Shown here: piece by piece, positions 1 to 12,400 of the stretch | How positions within the stretch are numbered: the first letter of the stretch is position 1 | Layout: each line of letters starts with the position of its first letter | Virus record (IMG/VR): IMGVR_UViG_3300042549_008472 | Location: 1 to 64,000 of that record | Strand: one strand, 5' to 3' | DNA length: 64,000 bases | Origin: a virus | Translations under genes and position numbers: made by a program | Notes under the pieces: model-generated | Told to the model about the DNA's origin: nothing | Seen by the model: the letters and a program-made list of their open reading frames with translations, nothing else | Database searches by the model: none

Positions 1-515
1 ATGCGGGAACATTGAAAAAAACAACCGCTCAAAACATAGCTAATTTAGTAGCTGTACCTATCAATATTGCTAACGGTTCTGTAAGTTCCACATTGCTTGT
101 CTCAGGAGTTACTACTTTATTAAGAGAAGAAAATATAGGGACTTTTTCAGGAAAAGATATTTTAAAATTTGATATTCGAGCTAGACGAAGCATTACGGGG
201 AACAATTCAAGAATCATAGTAAGATTATTTGACACGGTTACGTTGGTTGAAACTGAAATAGCGATTTCTGAAACAATGGCAGCGGGTAATACCAATTGGC
301 TAGCAATTCGAAGCATTAATCTTAATGAATCAGCAGGCAATATCTATTACTTGAATCCAACGCTAAGACCAGTTACAGACGAATCCTCGAATGCATCCTC
401 TTACTTGACTACTTCTGTTTCATTTTCGAACCCGCAAACTTTGAGGATTTATGGACTTAACATCACAAGCCCAAGCGATATGGTCATCTATTCATCTTTA
501 ATACAAGTATTCTAA
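1..515 (+). CDS. 5'-truncated putative tail fibre/structural protein (C-terminal part)
   Basis: Frame is open from the window edge; beta-rich S/T/N composition; lies next to tail genes. Confidence 0.45.
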   Translation, partial: AGTLKKTTAQNIANLVAVPINIANGSVSSTLLVSGVTTLLREENIGTFSGKDILKFDIRARRSITGNNSRIIVRLFDTVTLVETEIAISETMAAGNTNWLAIRSINLNESAGNIYYLNPTLRPVTDESSNASSYLTTSVSFSNPQTLRIYGLNITSPSDMVIYSSLIQVF

Positions 516-532
516 CTAATAATACTAAAGCA

Positions 533-922
533 ATGAGAAAATTTATAATAGATACTAACACTGGAATTGTAAAGTTTGAAACGACAATACCTTACCAAGT
601 TGTACAAGGTGAAACATTAGTTGAAACAGATGATTTGACAACTTTAAATTTTCCCGAAGTTGAAACTCAAGTACCACTTACAATTACAAGGATGAATTTA
701 AAAATTCAACTTTTAAAACGTTCCATTACAATTCAGGAGGTAATTGTCACCATAGATTCTATTCCAAACTCAATGTTTAGTGATATTGACAAAGAAATTG
801 CTAAAATCAAATTTACCGAAGCAGTTTATTTCGACCGTGATAATGCAGATTTAAATCTAGTAGCAGTCCTACTAGGACTTTCACAGACAGAATTAGACCA
901 AATATTTATAGATGGAAACTGA
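533..922 (+). CDS. Tail-fibre-associated (assembly chaperone-like) protein
   Basis: C-terminal A-x-x-F-x-R...LGLSQTELDQIF pattern typical of small proteins following tail fibre genes. Confidence 0.45.
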   Translation: MRKFIIDTNTGIVKFETTIPYQVVQGETLVETDDLTTLNFPEVETQVPLTITRMNLKIQLLKRSITIQEVIVTIDSIPNSMFSDIDKEIAKIKFTEAVYFDRDNADLNLVAVLLGLSQTELDQIFIDGN

Positions 923-1380
923 TGTTAAGTAGTAAAAATACATACTTTAAAAAAGCTATTGAAAAGTTAAATCAAGAGCGGATACAGATGCGGAGTTACC
1001 TTGAACTGAAAGGTTACAAAGAGGATGAAATAAAACTGTACATAGAAGCATTTGATTTTTTTACAAAAAATTCAAATGATTTTGATGGAGCTACAATTGT
1101 AAAGGATTTAGTAGATTTAAATGGATTAGATTTAGATGCAATGCTTCACGATTACCAATACATAGTGTATCGAGCCGCTGCTAATTTCATCACAAAGTGG
1201 CAATCTGATTGGATGTATGCCAAAGGAATCGAGCGAAAAGGTAAAGGACAATATTGTGCTTTTACAAGGTTATTAGCTCTTACGCTTATAGGAGTGGTAT
1301 TTGTCCCCCACTCATTTTTAAAAAGAGGTAAGGCGGATAAAAAAAGCATTAAAAAACAATATAATATACTAATAAAATGA
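922..1380 (+). CDS. DUF1353-like protein
   Basis: FDGAT and AMLHDYQY motifs; C-terminal hydrophobic segment. Confidence 0.45.
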   Translation: MLSSKNTYFKKAIEKLNQERIQMRSYLELKGYKEDEIKLYIEAFDFFTKNSNDFDGATIVKDLVDLNGLDLDAMLHDYQYIVYRAAANFITKWQSDWMYAKGIERKGKGQYCAFTRLLALTLIGVVFVPHSFLKRGKADKKSIKKQYNILIK

Positions 1381-3644
1381 AAAAATTTGAACTCTCTAAA
1401 GAGCCTATAATAGTTATAGATAGTCTGATAAATTTAAACGGAACTGAGCTAAAATTAATAAAAGACCAAACTTTAAAGTTCGAAGGTATTGGAAAATTTA
1501 TCAATGGTACTATAATAGGAGACGAAAATAAAATTGAAGCAAAAAATGTAGAAATTTTTAAAGATATAAAAATAAGAGGTACTTGGAATATAGAAAAAGC
1601 AACATCGCATTGGTTTTTTCTCCACAACAACGCCTATGAAATAGAAAAAGAAGACTTAATAGAACAAGATGGGACTGTTGTGCAAGTGACAAAGATAAGA
1701 GATAAAGAGTATTTTGTAAACAACACCCCATATAAAATAGGAAGTAAAAACGGAATATTATTTAATAACGACACAGACAACTTACAACAGCTCCTAAACC
1801 TAAAAGCAAATTACACCGTTATTGAAAGTAATGTTAGAGCAATGATTGATGGTAATAATTCCGAAGACCCATCAGATTATGTATATGGAGGGTTGACTTG
1901 CAGAAGTTTCCACAATAAAACTTTAGAGATAAATGGTTTTTTAAAACAGATACCTACAACTAAAAACAACGCTTCTCTACTTAGAGTTGAGTTTTGCAAG
2001 AATTTTAATTTAATAGGTTCAGGAACATTTCAAGGAGAGTCCTTAGAACACGAGGGAGAAGTAGGAGAGGGTTGTATGGGGTTATACGTACATTCAACAG
2101 AGTATTTAAATGTCAAAGGATTAAGATTTGAATTATTTTGGGGTGACGGAGTCTTTTGTAGTTGGAATAGGAGAAAAATCTACAACCTTACAGCAGAGGA
2201 AATGAATCAGAGAAATAATCAATCAAGACATACTTGGGATTCGGTCAAATGCTATCAAAACAGGAGAACTGGGTTAGCTTATGAAAAAGGAGATTTTGTA
2301 GACTACATAAATTGTGAGTTTTCGTATACATCAACTATTAGAGGGACTTCTACTTTTTCGGGAGTAGACATAGAACCATTTGGAGATAGTTCCGCACCAG
2401 TTAGATACTGCCACAGTCATTCATTTATTAAGTGTAGAGTAATAGGTAATGAAAGAGGGGATGGAATACGAGGAGAAAGAGCTATAAACTTAGTTTTAAG
2501 AGACAACTACTTCTCTCAAAACAATTGTGATATAAACCTTTTGAGACAGTCATTTGTTAGTGTAGACAGAGAATGGCTTAAAACTAAAGAAAGCAGTCCC
2601 TCAGATAGAGTTATTTTACGGGGGCAAAGTATTGTAGACTCTAATAAGTCATATTCTTCGGGAAGATTTATAAATTCAGAATACTCTCACGCATCGGTAA
2701 TATGTAGCAACAACACTGTCATAAATATGGCACATACAGTCTTTAATGGAATATTTATAGACTCTTTATTTCAGAATAATTATATGTTTAATGTAAATGC
2801 AGTGGCTAATTTTAGCTCATTTATTGATTCTAAATTTGTAGATAACACCGTAAAACATTGCAGAGGAAGAAACCACAGTAGTAATTTCAATGATTTTGCT
2901 ATTATATCATTAGCATTATATGAAGGTAAGGACATCACCACTGGTCAAAATTTTATTTGTAATAACGCCTTAATTAAGAACAATATAATACACGACTATT
3001 CAGAGGAAGTGTTGTTAGGCTCAGGTAACGAAGTACTACCTAACTCAGCATTAAGAACATCATTTATAACTACTAGGATGAACGACAACCCTGACAGATA
3101 TATAAATGTTCAAATAGTTGATAATATATTTCCTAGAGAGAGAAGTTTTAGACCCTCAATAGAATTGCACAAATTCCTTTATGGAAATAGTAGATTGACA
3201 ATCAGTAATGATGTGGGTAACTTATTAGATAACACGGTACTATACCCAGGAGATATTGTTTATGATGCAACTTATAAGCAAAAAGGTGTGGTAGAAGTAG
3301 GAGGTTTTGTTAAACCTAGTGCTAAATGGGTAGAACCTAAACCATTTTTAAAAGTATTACCAAACACAATAATATTCGACTCTACAAGAAACACTATAAT
3401 GCCAACAATAAATGGAGGAACTTTAGGTAAAGATTGGATAGGGTGGAGTTCAGGAGATGTAAGATACGAGAGATTCCCTTTAATAGTACCTATTATTCGT
3501 TGGTTAGATATAGGAGAAACAAAGTCCGATAATAGACCAAAAAACTACTTAACAGTCGGTAGAAAATTATTTGACACAACAATTAATAAATTAATAATCT
3601 ATAATGGTAAAGAGTGGATAGATTCTTTAGGTAACAAACTATAA
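1377..3644 (+). CDS. Tailspike/depolymerase with right-handed beta-helix (pectate lyase-like)
   Basis: Asn-rich beta-helix repeats (WGDG, NRRTG, GVDIEP); C-terminal RP...GRKLFDTTINKLIIYNGKEWID tailspike motif. Confidence 0.75.
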   Translation: MKKFELSKEPIIVIDSLINLNGTELKLIKDQTLKFEGIGKFINGTIIGDENKIEAKNVEIFKDIKIRGTWNIEKATSHWFFLHNNAYEIEKEDLIEQDGTVVQVTKIRDKEYFVNNTPYKIGSKNGILFNNDTDNLQQLLNLKANYTVIESNVRAMIDGNNSEDPSDYVYGGLTCRSFHNKTLEINGFLKQIPTTKNNASLLRVEFCKNFNLIGSGTFQGESLEHEGEVGEGCMGLYVHSTEYLNVKGLRFELFWGDGVFCSWNRRKIYNLTAEEMNQRNNQSRHTWDSVKCYQNRRTGLAYEKGDFVDYINCEFSYTSTIRGTSTFSGVDIEPFGDSSAPVRYCHSHSFIKCRVIGNERGDGIRGERAINLVLRDNYFSQNNCDINLLRQSFVSVDREWLKTKESSPSDRVILRGQSIVDSNKSYSSGRFINSEYSHASVICSNNTVINMAHTVFNGIFIDSLFQNNYMFNVNAVANFSSFIDSKFVDNTVKHCRGRNHSSNFNDFAIISLALYEGKDITTGQNFICNNALIKNNIIHDYSEEVLLGSGNEVLPNSALRTSFITTRMNDNPDRYINVQIVDNIFPRERSFRPSIELHKFLYGNSRLTISNDVGNLLDNTVLYPGDIVYDATYKQKGVVEVGGFVKPSAKWVEPKPFLKVLPNTIIFDSTRNTIMPTINGGTLGKDWIGWSSGDVRYERFPLIVPIIRWLDIGETKSDNRPKNYLTVGRKLFDTTINKLIIYNGKEWIDSLGNKL

Positions 3645-3647
3645 ACT

Positions 3648-3992
3648 ATGACAAATCAAAGAAAAGACTCCTGTTCAAAATCCTATGCGATATGTTCAGT
3701 ATATGAGGGAAATATCCCAACAAGCTCCCCACTGACAGAGGAAGAATGTATATCAGTTGAAGAAGTATTAGAAGACTTATATTCTATCACAACAGACATA
3801 AAAGAGGGTATATCCATGACCGATATATCTGAGGGATGTTTGGAATTTCCAACCACACCAACATTACCAGAAGTGATTCAACTTTTGGTAAATGAAATTT
3901 GCGCTCTAAAAGAAATAGTGGAGACGCAAGCAGAAACAATAGAAACAATTAACTTACAAATTGAGGCTCTCCAAGAAAATCAATGTCCCTAA
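3648..3992 (+). CDS. Cys-containing small tail/structural protein with coiled coil
   Basis: Cys motifs plus C-terminal heptads; structural context. Confidence 0.45.
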   Translation: MTNQRKDSCSKSYAICSVYEGNIPTSSPLTEEECISVEEVLEDLYSITTDIKEGISMTDISEGCLEFPTTPTLPEVIQLLVNEICALKEIVETQAETIETINLQIEALQENQCP

Positions 3993-4004
3993 TCTAAATT
4001 AGTT

Positions 4005-4217
4005 ATGCAATGTCCAAACAACGGTGTGTTTACACCAACAAATAACGACCCAATATTGTGCGATGGAGTTTTTACTTCAACGGAGTGTGCTTTAACACCC
4101 GAAGCACTAACTTTCCTAAACGTGCCAATTAACGGCTCACAAGACTTGATAAATAAAAAATTGATATTAGTTATTCAAGATTTATTAGCAAGAATAGTAG
4201 TTTTAGAGAACGCTTAA
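4005..4217 (+). CDS. Small structural protein
   Basis: 70 aa; similar Cys and coiled-coil layout to the upstream gene. Confidence 0.4.
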   Translation: MQCPNNGVFTPTNNDPILCDGVFTSTECALTPEALTFLNVPINGSQDLINKKLILVIQDLLARIVVLENA

Positions 4218-4256
4218 GAATTAGGTTTTTGGTTTCCTAATTTTTGAAATGAAATC

Positions 4257-4278
4257 GGAGGTGTAATGCCTCCTTTTT
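4257..4278 (+). terminator. Intrinsic terminator
   Basis: GGAGG...CCTCC stem followed by TTTTT. Confidence 0.75.
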
Positions 4279-4303
4279 CTATTTAAACAGAATTTTAATA
4301 ATT

Positions 4304-4334
4304 TTTGAATTACCTTTAAAATGTGGTAAATTTG
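4304..4334 (+). promoter_or_regulatory. Bacteroidetes housekeeping promoter
   Basis: TTTG-N19-TAAATTTG. Confidence 0.7.
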
Positions 4335-4353
4335 CAAATTAACTGACAATAAA

Positions 4354-5022
4354 ATGACTAACTTAGAATTAGTATCTCGCATATCAAACACTGTAAAATC
4401 TCTGACAAAAGACGGACGAATTTCGCCACGCTATATTTTAAGGACTGCCCAGGAAAAAGCTAAATATTTGTTAGTACAAAAACTAACAGACAGGTCTCTG
4501 TATAGAGAGGCAAATATATACACAGAAGTACCTTGCATAGAATTAGAAAAAGAAGATATTGTAAGCTGTCCAATAGTAGAGTTCAGAAGATGTAAATCTA
4601 TTATGAAAAGTAAGAAAAAACTACCTGAACTTCTTAATAGTAAGTATGGAGTGGCAATTTATTCAGTTACAAGCGTAGATGGAGAATTTCAATTCACTCA
4701 AACAACTCCAAATCAGTACAGATTAGACAGTAAGAGAAATGCGATAGGAAAAAAACCACAGTACTTTTATGTCAAAGACGGTTACTTATACCTACTTGAA
4801 TCAGAAGTTCTAAGTGTCACAGTAAGTGTTATAACTTTAGATTTATATGACGCAGACCAATGTTCAGAATGTAGACAAGAAAATTGTAAATCTGCTTGGG
4901 ACTATGAATTCGTTTGTTCTGACAAACTTTTAGAAGTTGTGATTCAGGAAACAATAAAAGAGCTTCTAACTAACAAACAAATCCAAGAAAACGTTAATCC
5001 AAATCTGAACAAGCTTGACTAG
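4354..5022 (+). CDS. crAss-like tail ring/tubular protein
   Basis: ISPRYIL...CIELEK...KSKKKLPEL...YSVTSVDG...YFYVKDGYLYL pattern; position before the muzzle gene. Confidence 0.65.
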   Translation: MTNLELVSRISNTVKSLTKDGRISPRYILRTAQEKAKYLLVQKLTDRSLYREANIYTEVPCIELEKEDIVSCPIVEFRRCKSIMKSKKKLPELLNSKYGVAIYSVTSVDGEFQFTQTTPNQYRLDSKRNAIGKKPQYFYVKDGYLYLLESEVLSVTVSVITLDLYDADQCSECRQENCKSAWDYEFVCSDKLLEVVIQETIKELLTNKQIQENVNPNLNKLD

Positions 5023-5584
5023 AAGAAAAGAAGATTCTCCTCGTTTTGAAAGAGGAAAGTACACCCCTTCTTGGCGAAAAATGCCAGATAAGAAAAAAAA
5101 GAAAAAGCAATGGAAGTGCGATATACCTCACGAATATGTAGACGAAGAAAACTATTTTAGATGTATAGAATTACTTTCAGAAAGAGCTTATCAATACTAC
5201 AAAGACCATTCAAAGGCAGATAAAAAATACTCCATTCACGCATTTTATAGAGTGATAAAATTTGTATTTAAAAGGATGAAACACTACCTCACAAGAAATG
5301 AAACAGGTATTTTCATTAAAAATTTTGGGTACTTTTTTATAATGATGTATCCAAAACGCCGAGTAACAAAGTATATGGCAATGAGAATTAAAAACAAAGG
5401 ACACTCCTTTGAACCAATGTTTCTCCCCATAAGAAAAGATGTTGCTTTGAGAACTTGGACAATGAGAAAAAGCTTTTTCAGAAGTGGTTCTTTAGGATGG
5501 TATCTCTACTCAGGTAAAAAATATAGAATGGCTTACACTTACTTAAACACCCTATACGGATTTAAAAAACAAAACACACCATGA
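5015..5584 (+). CDS. Basic IHF/HU-like DNA-binding protein
   Basis: Very basic; GIFIKNFGYFFI strand motif; crAss-like position between ring genes. Confidence 0.5.
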   Translation: MTRRKEDSPRFERGKYTPSWRKMPDKKKKKKQWKCDIPHEYVDEENYFRCIELLSERAYQYYKDHSKADKKYSIHAFYRVIKFVFKRMKHYLTRNETGIFIKNFGYFFIMMYPKRRVTKYMAMRIKNKGHSFEPMFLPIRKDVALRTWTMRKSFFRSGSLGWYLYSGKKYRMAYTYLNTLYGFKKQNTP

Positions 5585-6450
5585 CAGTTGACCAATTAAT
5601 TATAGAATTACGTTCGGATTTTAAGGCTTACAGTGAATCAGGTCTTTTAGATGATATAACTTTAAGGCGACACATTATCCAAGACTGTAAAAAGTTTGGT
5701 GGAAATATAATGGATGTAGAGTCTGTAACTTTGGAAATTAAAAATAACCAAGCTAAATTACCTGAAAATTTTTGGAGTTTATATTATGCTGTAAAAGCTA
5801 CGCCTAAGAGTTGTGAAATAGATGATGAAACTGGGTGTGTAACAGAGGAAGATTTAATAGGAGACTATTTTTATAGAGTTAGAGTAGAAGCATCAAAAGA
5901 GTTTGACAATCAATCAAATGTAATTCAGGCGGGAGAGTATAAAGAAGTAAGAGAGAAAACTTACTTACACAGAACTAAAACAAATGCGACTTTCACTTAT
6001 GGTAACTTTCAACACTTAGTTTTAAAGAAAGGACATTCAAGACAGATGATTGATAAAAACTGTAAAAATCTTGGAATATCAGACAGTCCCTACGAAATCT
6101 ACATAAATAGAGAGACACTATATACCAACTTTAATAAAGGTTTTGTAACCCTTTGGTATCAAGGATTAGAAACTGACGAAGAGGGTGATATACTTTTACC
6201 CGAAGAAACTCAAATATATGATTACTTGATGTACTCGGCAAAACATAAGATATTAGAAAGTATTTATGGGAATGAGGACGCTGATGTACAACAAAAAATG
6301 ATGTACTTTGGACAAATGAAACAGCAACACTTTATGCCTGCAATGACAACAGCTAAAATGAGAAGCGTAACAGGGAAAGATTGGTGGAAAGGAATGAAAC
6401 AACAACAACAAAAAAGAGTGAGAGTCTTTGAAAGCTTCCCAAGAATTTAA
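5581..6450 (+). CDS. crAss-like tail tubular/ring protein
   Basis: LEIKNNQAKLPENF and YINRETLYTNFNKGFVTLWY...DEEGDILLP motifs. Confidence 0.65.
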   Translation: MTVDQLIIELRSDFKAYSESGLLDDITLRRHIIQDCKKFGGNIMDVESVTLEIKNNQAKLPENFWSLYYAVKATPKSCEIDDETGCVTEEDLIGDYFYRVRVEASKEFDNQSNVIQAGEYKEVREKTYLHRTKTNATFTYGNFQHLVLKKGHSRQMIDKNCKNLGISDSPYEIYINRETLYTNFNKGFVTLWYQGLETDEEGDILLPEETQIYDYLMYSAKHKILESIYGNEDADVQQKMMYFGQMKQQHFMPAMTTAKMRSVTGKDWWKGMKQQQQKRVRVFESFPRI

Positions 6451-6453
6451 GAA

Positions 6454-9400
6454 ATGGAAAACAAAATAAACACTTTTCAAAAAGGATTAAATAGAGACAG
6501 TCAATATCTAAGTGAAGGAGAGTATGACACTTTAATTAACGGTAATTTTGACTCTTACGATACCTCTTTCATCTTGACAAATGAAATGTCCAATCTTTTA
6601 AGTTCGAGATTCAAACAAGGTTTTGAAGTTATACACGCCACTAATGATACACTATCTAACACCACTTATTTCTTTTTAGTTAATGAAACTACGGGGGAGG
6701 GAGAGTTCGGACAGATAAAAAATTTACAAACAGTTAATAACTTGCAGGATTTACCTTCGGAGTGTGACACTTGTGGACTTACAAATGATTTAGCAACCCC
6801 TCTTGAAGAGATTGAGCAAGTGCCTTTAAATACTTACCAAACTTTACTTTCAGATACTTGTAAAGTAAATAAAAAAGAAGGATTTAATTTTTCAATTGCA
6901 CATCCTATAAAATTCAGCGTAATAAAAAATGAAAAGTGTGGGAAAGTAATTTATTTTACCGATGATTACAATCCTTTCAGATATATTAAAATTGATAAGA
7001 TTTTAGACTATTTTATTCAAAATGTCCCGTGCACAGATGATATAGAACTAAACTGCATAGATTTTGATGACTTAAGAGTTTTCAAGTTACACAACTTTCC
7101 CACTATAACCCCAATAGAGATACAATCAGGCGGGAGACTAGAAGAGGGAGTATATGAATTTGCATTAGCTTATACAGACGAAGAAGGTTCGGAAATTACA
7201 GAATACACTTCAATAACAAATCCAATAACAATAATTGACCCTAATCAAGTAAACAAAGAGAACCAAACAGACGGTTCTCAAACAAACTATGCAATCAGGT
7301 TACAAGTAGAGGGACTGGATACAAACTTCTCTCACTATAAAATAATAGTGGTACAAACCTTGGCTAAAAACTTAGGAGTAAGCTCTTACTTTGAAGAAGG
7401 TGTGCACACTACGGACGACAATATTGTAGTTTACAGCGGGGATAGTAATAAAAAAACAAGCTCCATAAACACTCTTACACTTAAAAATGTATTTTTGGAA
7501 AGAGTGGGGATGGTAGGAGCTTCTAATAATACACTTTTTGTAGGTGGATTAACATTTGAAAAAGAGGACAACTTACAACCAGTTGTGAACTTTCTTGGAG
7601 AATTTATACAGTGGCAAACTCATATAGCTACGGAAGATTTATATAATGATGGTATAAACACTTCAAAATTTGCAGGTATAAACAGGGATGAAGTAGTCCC
7701 TTACGGAATTAAATTTCTATATGATGGAGGGCATAAGTCTTCAATTTTTCCATTAATTGCAAGACAAGCTATTGCAAGTGACTTAATAGTATTATCTGAC
7801 ACAAATAAAGATGTTCAATCTATAAACTCTTTTGATGATTGTACAACAACGGCGAGAACTAAAAAATGGCAGTTTTATAATACTGCTACGGTAGATAGTG
7901 GTTTTTGTGGAAACGATGAAATAGAAACAACACCCGTAACAGAAACAGTAGAAAAAATATGTTACATAGAAGATATAGATGAAAGTTTAGACCAATCTAT
8001 TACGATACTACTAGACGAACCTTATACTAACCTTTTAACATACATAGAACAAGTAGTAGAGAATGGGGACTGTACAACTGCATTCGCAGGAACAGATTTA
8101 TGCGAATTACTAGATGTTACAAACTATACAGAAACTTGTGGAGACAACCTTTTCAAAAACTGTTATGAAGTATGTGAGGGAGAAGATTGCTATGAAGTAT
8201 GTGAAGATGAGGATTTTTGTACAACACCTGAACTTTTAGAATCCACAATTGAAATTACAAGTATTGAAGGAGTAACGGAAGTATTTACAGAAGTAGGCTT
8301 TCCAGAGGATTACTCTAAGCTAAAGAGTCCCGATTACTGTAATTTATATACACGTTCGGCAGACAAAGGAGAGTATATACAAGACAATGAGTTTGAAGTG
8401 CTGTATATGTTTTGGGAAGAAGATGGTGGAGATTTATTTTTTGACAAAGCTTTATTTAGAGATTATAATTTTTCTAATATAACCTGTGCATCCGCAGACG
8501 AAATACTAGAATACTCAGACAGTAATTCTTACTATCAAGGATATTTTCATAATTATATTGGAGCAGTTGAAATAGAAGATTTACAAACTAATAAAAATGC
8601 CTTTGAAGATATAAGTAATCCAAAAGCACTTTTTACAGATAAAATACATAAAGATGTCTTATGGTATAAAGGACTGACTTTAAACAGAGATGTATTTATA
8701 TTAGAACTGACTAAATTTAAAATAATCAATGGAGCAGACGATATACTTACAGGTAACGCAAATCCGCAACAAAAAGTAAGAATATCTGTATTTAATAAGT
8801 GTGGAGATACTGACCCTATATTTTCAGAAATACTTGATTTAAGAACAGCAGGAAAACAATATAGAATTGAAGTATTAGAAGACAGTATAATAGTAGATAA
8901 CACTACTACTATCGAAACATACACTTTAACTAATCCATTTTCAGGTGGAGTTTTCTATGTAGCTATTGACACACCATTAGTGGCAACAAGTGGTATAACA
9001 AGTTATGACGAACCTAAAGATAACACAATAATAGATAAATATAGAAGCGCTCCACCAGAGGCTTGCTATGGAATAGTGTTAAGAAATGTGCAGTACTCTG
9101 AGGTAACAGTTACTTGGGAGAGAATAACCACAAGAAAGAAATCAATTTACGAAGCAACTTGTACCTATGACCAACCCATAGTACAGGATTGTACTGCTGT
9201 ACCTTACAAAAAAGGAAACTTTGCATATTGGGAATCAACTGAGGAGTACCCTGACAATAATGAATTATTTAATTCATCTAACATAGAAATAGCTCCAAAT
9301 GATATTCCGCTAGAATTTAGAAGTAAATTTGAAAATAAGTTTGTACAGTCTAACACAGGAGGTAAGTACAATTGGAAGACTTCTTTAAAAAGAGAAAACT

Positions 9401-12400
9401 CTGACCCAGAACCAGTTACAGATTTTACTTGTCGTCCTATCAGACATTTTAAATTCCCAGACAATAGTAAAAGCCCTTTCATTTATAATAATAAGCAAGC
9501 ACCTTTCAGTGGCTCTTTAATTTTCCCTTTAGGAATAACTATTCCTGAAACACTTATCAATTCATTTCTTGATATAGCCGTAAAAAATAATTTAATATCA
9601 GCAGAGAGAAGAAATAAAATAGTAGGCTATGAAATAGTAAGAGGAGATTTGTCAAAAAACAGGTCAATTGTTGCATCAGGACTTTTATATGATTACAGAA
9701 AGTATAAAGAGAAGAACAAAGACATCTATTATTCAAATTATCCTTTCAATGATTTAGGGGCGGATAAATTAAACTTAGACTCTTCGGGTACACCTATAAA
9801 TCATCCCTACCTAGGCAAGGCAAACGATAAATTCTCATTTCACTCACCCGAAACAGATTACTTTAAAGTGCCTTCAACTTCTGAAATGTCTGTACAAGGG
9901 TATATGTATGGGACAAGCAGAGGTAATTTTGACGAAGTAGAGAGACACTCTAAGTGGGTTATATTGTCTCCAAAAGCAAAAGATACAGCAAACCTTTTAG
10001 CGGCATTAGAAACAGCAACAGAAGTAGCAGTGAATGTAGCTCAAAGTGCTGAGGCTTGGAGAGTAGGCGGAGGTCTATATTTTACAGCAAATCCTGTGGG
10101 GATAGGTTTGAATATTGCTTCGGCGGCACTATCTGCAATAAGCTCAGTTTTAGCTAACTTTGGAAGATACAGATATGAATGGTTGAAAGCTTTCAGAGAT
10201 TTAGGACAGCCTCAAAATTTTGCTTATTACTATTATGCGGAGGGAAAATATAACTATTTAAACACTATTCAAGAAGAGGGTAACAAGTTAAGAGCATTAC
10301 AGGTAGCTAAATACATAAGGGAGGGTAACGCAACCACTACAAACAGAGTGACAGGAGAGATTGTCTCCATAAACAACATAGACAGAGAAAGGAGTATGTT
10401 TATAAGTTTGGGGGAAAATAACAAATTAGAATATCCCGCATCCTATGTAAACTATGACAATAATAAAAGCGACTTTAACAAATCTTCTTTAACATTCTCA
10501 TCGGAGTCAAATCTTTGTGAAACAGGTAAAAGCTCAGAGATTCAAAAGAATGTTGCAAGTCCTTATGTTGCTTTAAAAAACTACATCCCATCTCAGTACG
10601 GTACTATAAATTCTATTAATTGGTTAAGTACAGGCTATCAAGGAGATTTAAAAAATGTGAAGCAAGGATGCCTTTCTATTTTTGGAGGCGACACTTTAAT
10701 AAATCGACACACTTTAAAAAGAAAGATACCTTTGTTTGTGTCTGATGCCACTTATTTACCTGATTTAATACCTTTCAATTACAAATTTTATAGTAACATA
10801 GGGAAGAACCCTAGATTTTACGTAGACTATGAAGTTCTAACCAATTTTTCAAGAGGTTCTGCAACTTTACCAGATATTGATTACGATTTAAGGTTTGATT
10901 GTTCGTCAAGAAGTGGTAATTATTACAGACCACCAAGTAAATTTTATTTATATTATTATGGTGTTCCTAGTTTTCTAACTGAGACTAGAATAAACACTGT
11001 TGCAAGAACGGCAGGTAAAGAACCAAAAGATGACTTTTATCCTAATTATGGAGATTTAAATAGATTAACGCAAGAAAAAAGAGTATCTATAAGAACACAA
11101 GAAAAGTTTAACTACAATTCAGTTTACTCAAAAACAGGATTAAGTTTAGGTAGCAGAACTCTACCCACAAATTATAAAAAATCAGAGTTTAATTGTAGAG
11201 CAGATGCAGAGAATGGAGTAATGTATTCACTCCCTGACAACACTGAAAACAATTATACAGACCCTTGGACTATCTTCAGACCTAATAATCGCTATGAATT
11301 CCCTACAAGTTGGGGAAGATTAATAAGCATAAAAGGTATTGAAAACGAGGAAGTTTTAGTGCGACTTACAGACTCAACGGCTATTTTTAATTCAGTTGAC
11401 ACAACAGTAGATGATGGAACACCTGCGGAAATTCAAAACTTAGGCTCAGGAGGGGTATTTGCAAGAAGACCAAGAACTTTTCAAGCAACGGAGTTAGGGT
11501 ATGGTGGTACGCAATCACATCAGTCGATTTCAACTGAATTCGGACATTTCCACGTAGATGCAAAAAGAGGACAAGTAATACAAGTAAATGGCGGAAAAGG
11601 AGGAATGCAAGAGATATCTTCTTTCATTGACGGTAAGCCATCAGGAATGAGAAACTGGTTTAAAGAACAATTACCATTTAAGATACTAAACTACTTTCCA
11701 AATTTAGACGTAGATAATCCTTACAATGGAGTTGGAATCTCTATGGGCTATGACAGCCGTTTTAAAAGATTGTTCATAACTAAGAAAGACTACTTACCAA
11801 TAGGTAAGTGTAAATCATGTGAGAATGACAATTTAGTAGTAAATGGCTCTTTAACTTCAAACTTGAATGGTTGGGATAATTCCGAGGAAGGATACACTTG
11901 GAACGCAGGTAAAATGTGGAACACTGATTCAGCAGATGTAAGTCCTAAAATAAAACAAAACATACTAACTGTTGGGAAAACCTATAGAATAACTTTCGAC
12001 CTTTTTATAAATCCAAATTGTCAAGAAACATTTAGCGAAGAAACTCCAATAAAATTTGTAAAAGTTTTTACAGGAACTACGGAATCAGATTATATAATAG
12101 AAGAGGGAAGTACAACACAGTCATTAATATTAACTTGTACAGGTAACAGTACTTTTGCATTACAGACAGGTTTTTCATGTGCCGCTGATATAGGTTACTT
12201 ATACAACAGTGTAGGAATAGATAATGTTTGTGTAGTAGAGTTTGAACCAAGCCCTTTATGTTGTTTAGAAGAGGTTGATGGACAACTATTCTACAATGTA
12301 ACTGAATGCGAAGACGTAGACACTACCCCAACTTGTCAAACAGGGTATACTTTCAACAGTGAAAGTCAAATGTGTGAAAGAACAACAGTAAGTAGTTTAT

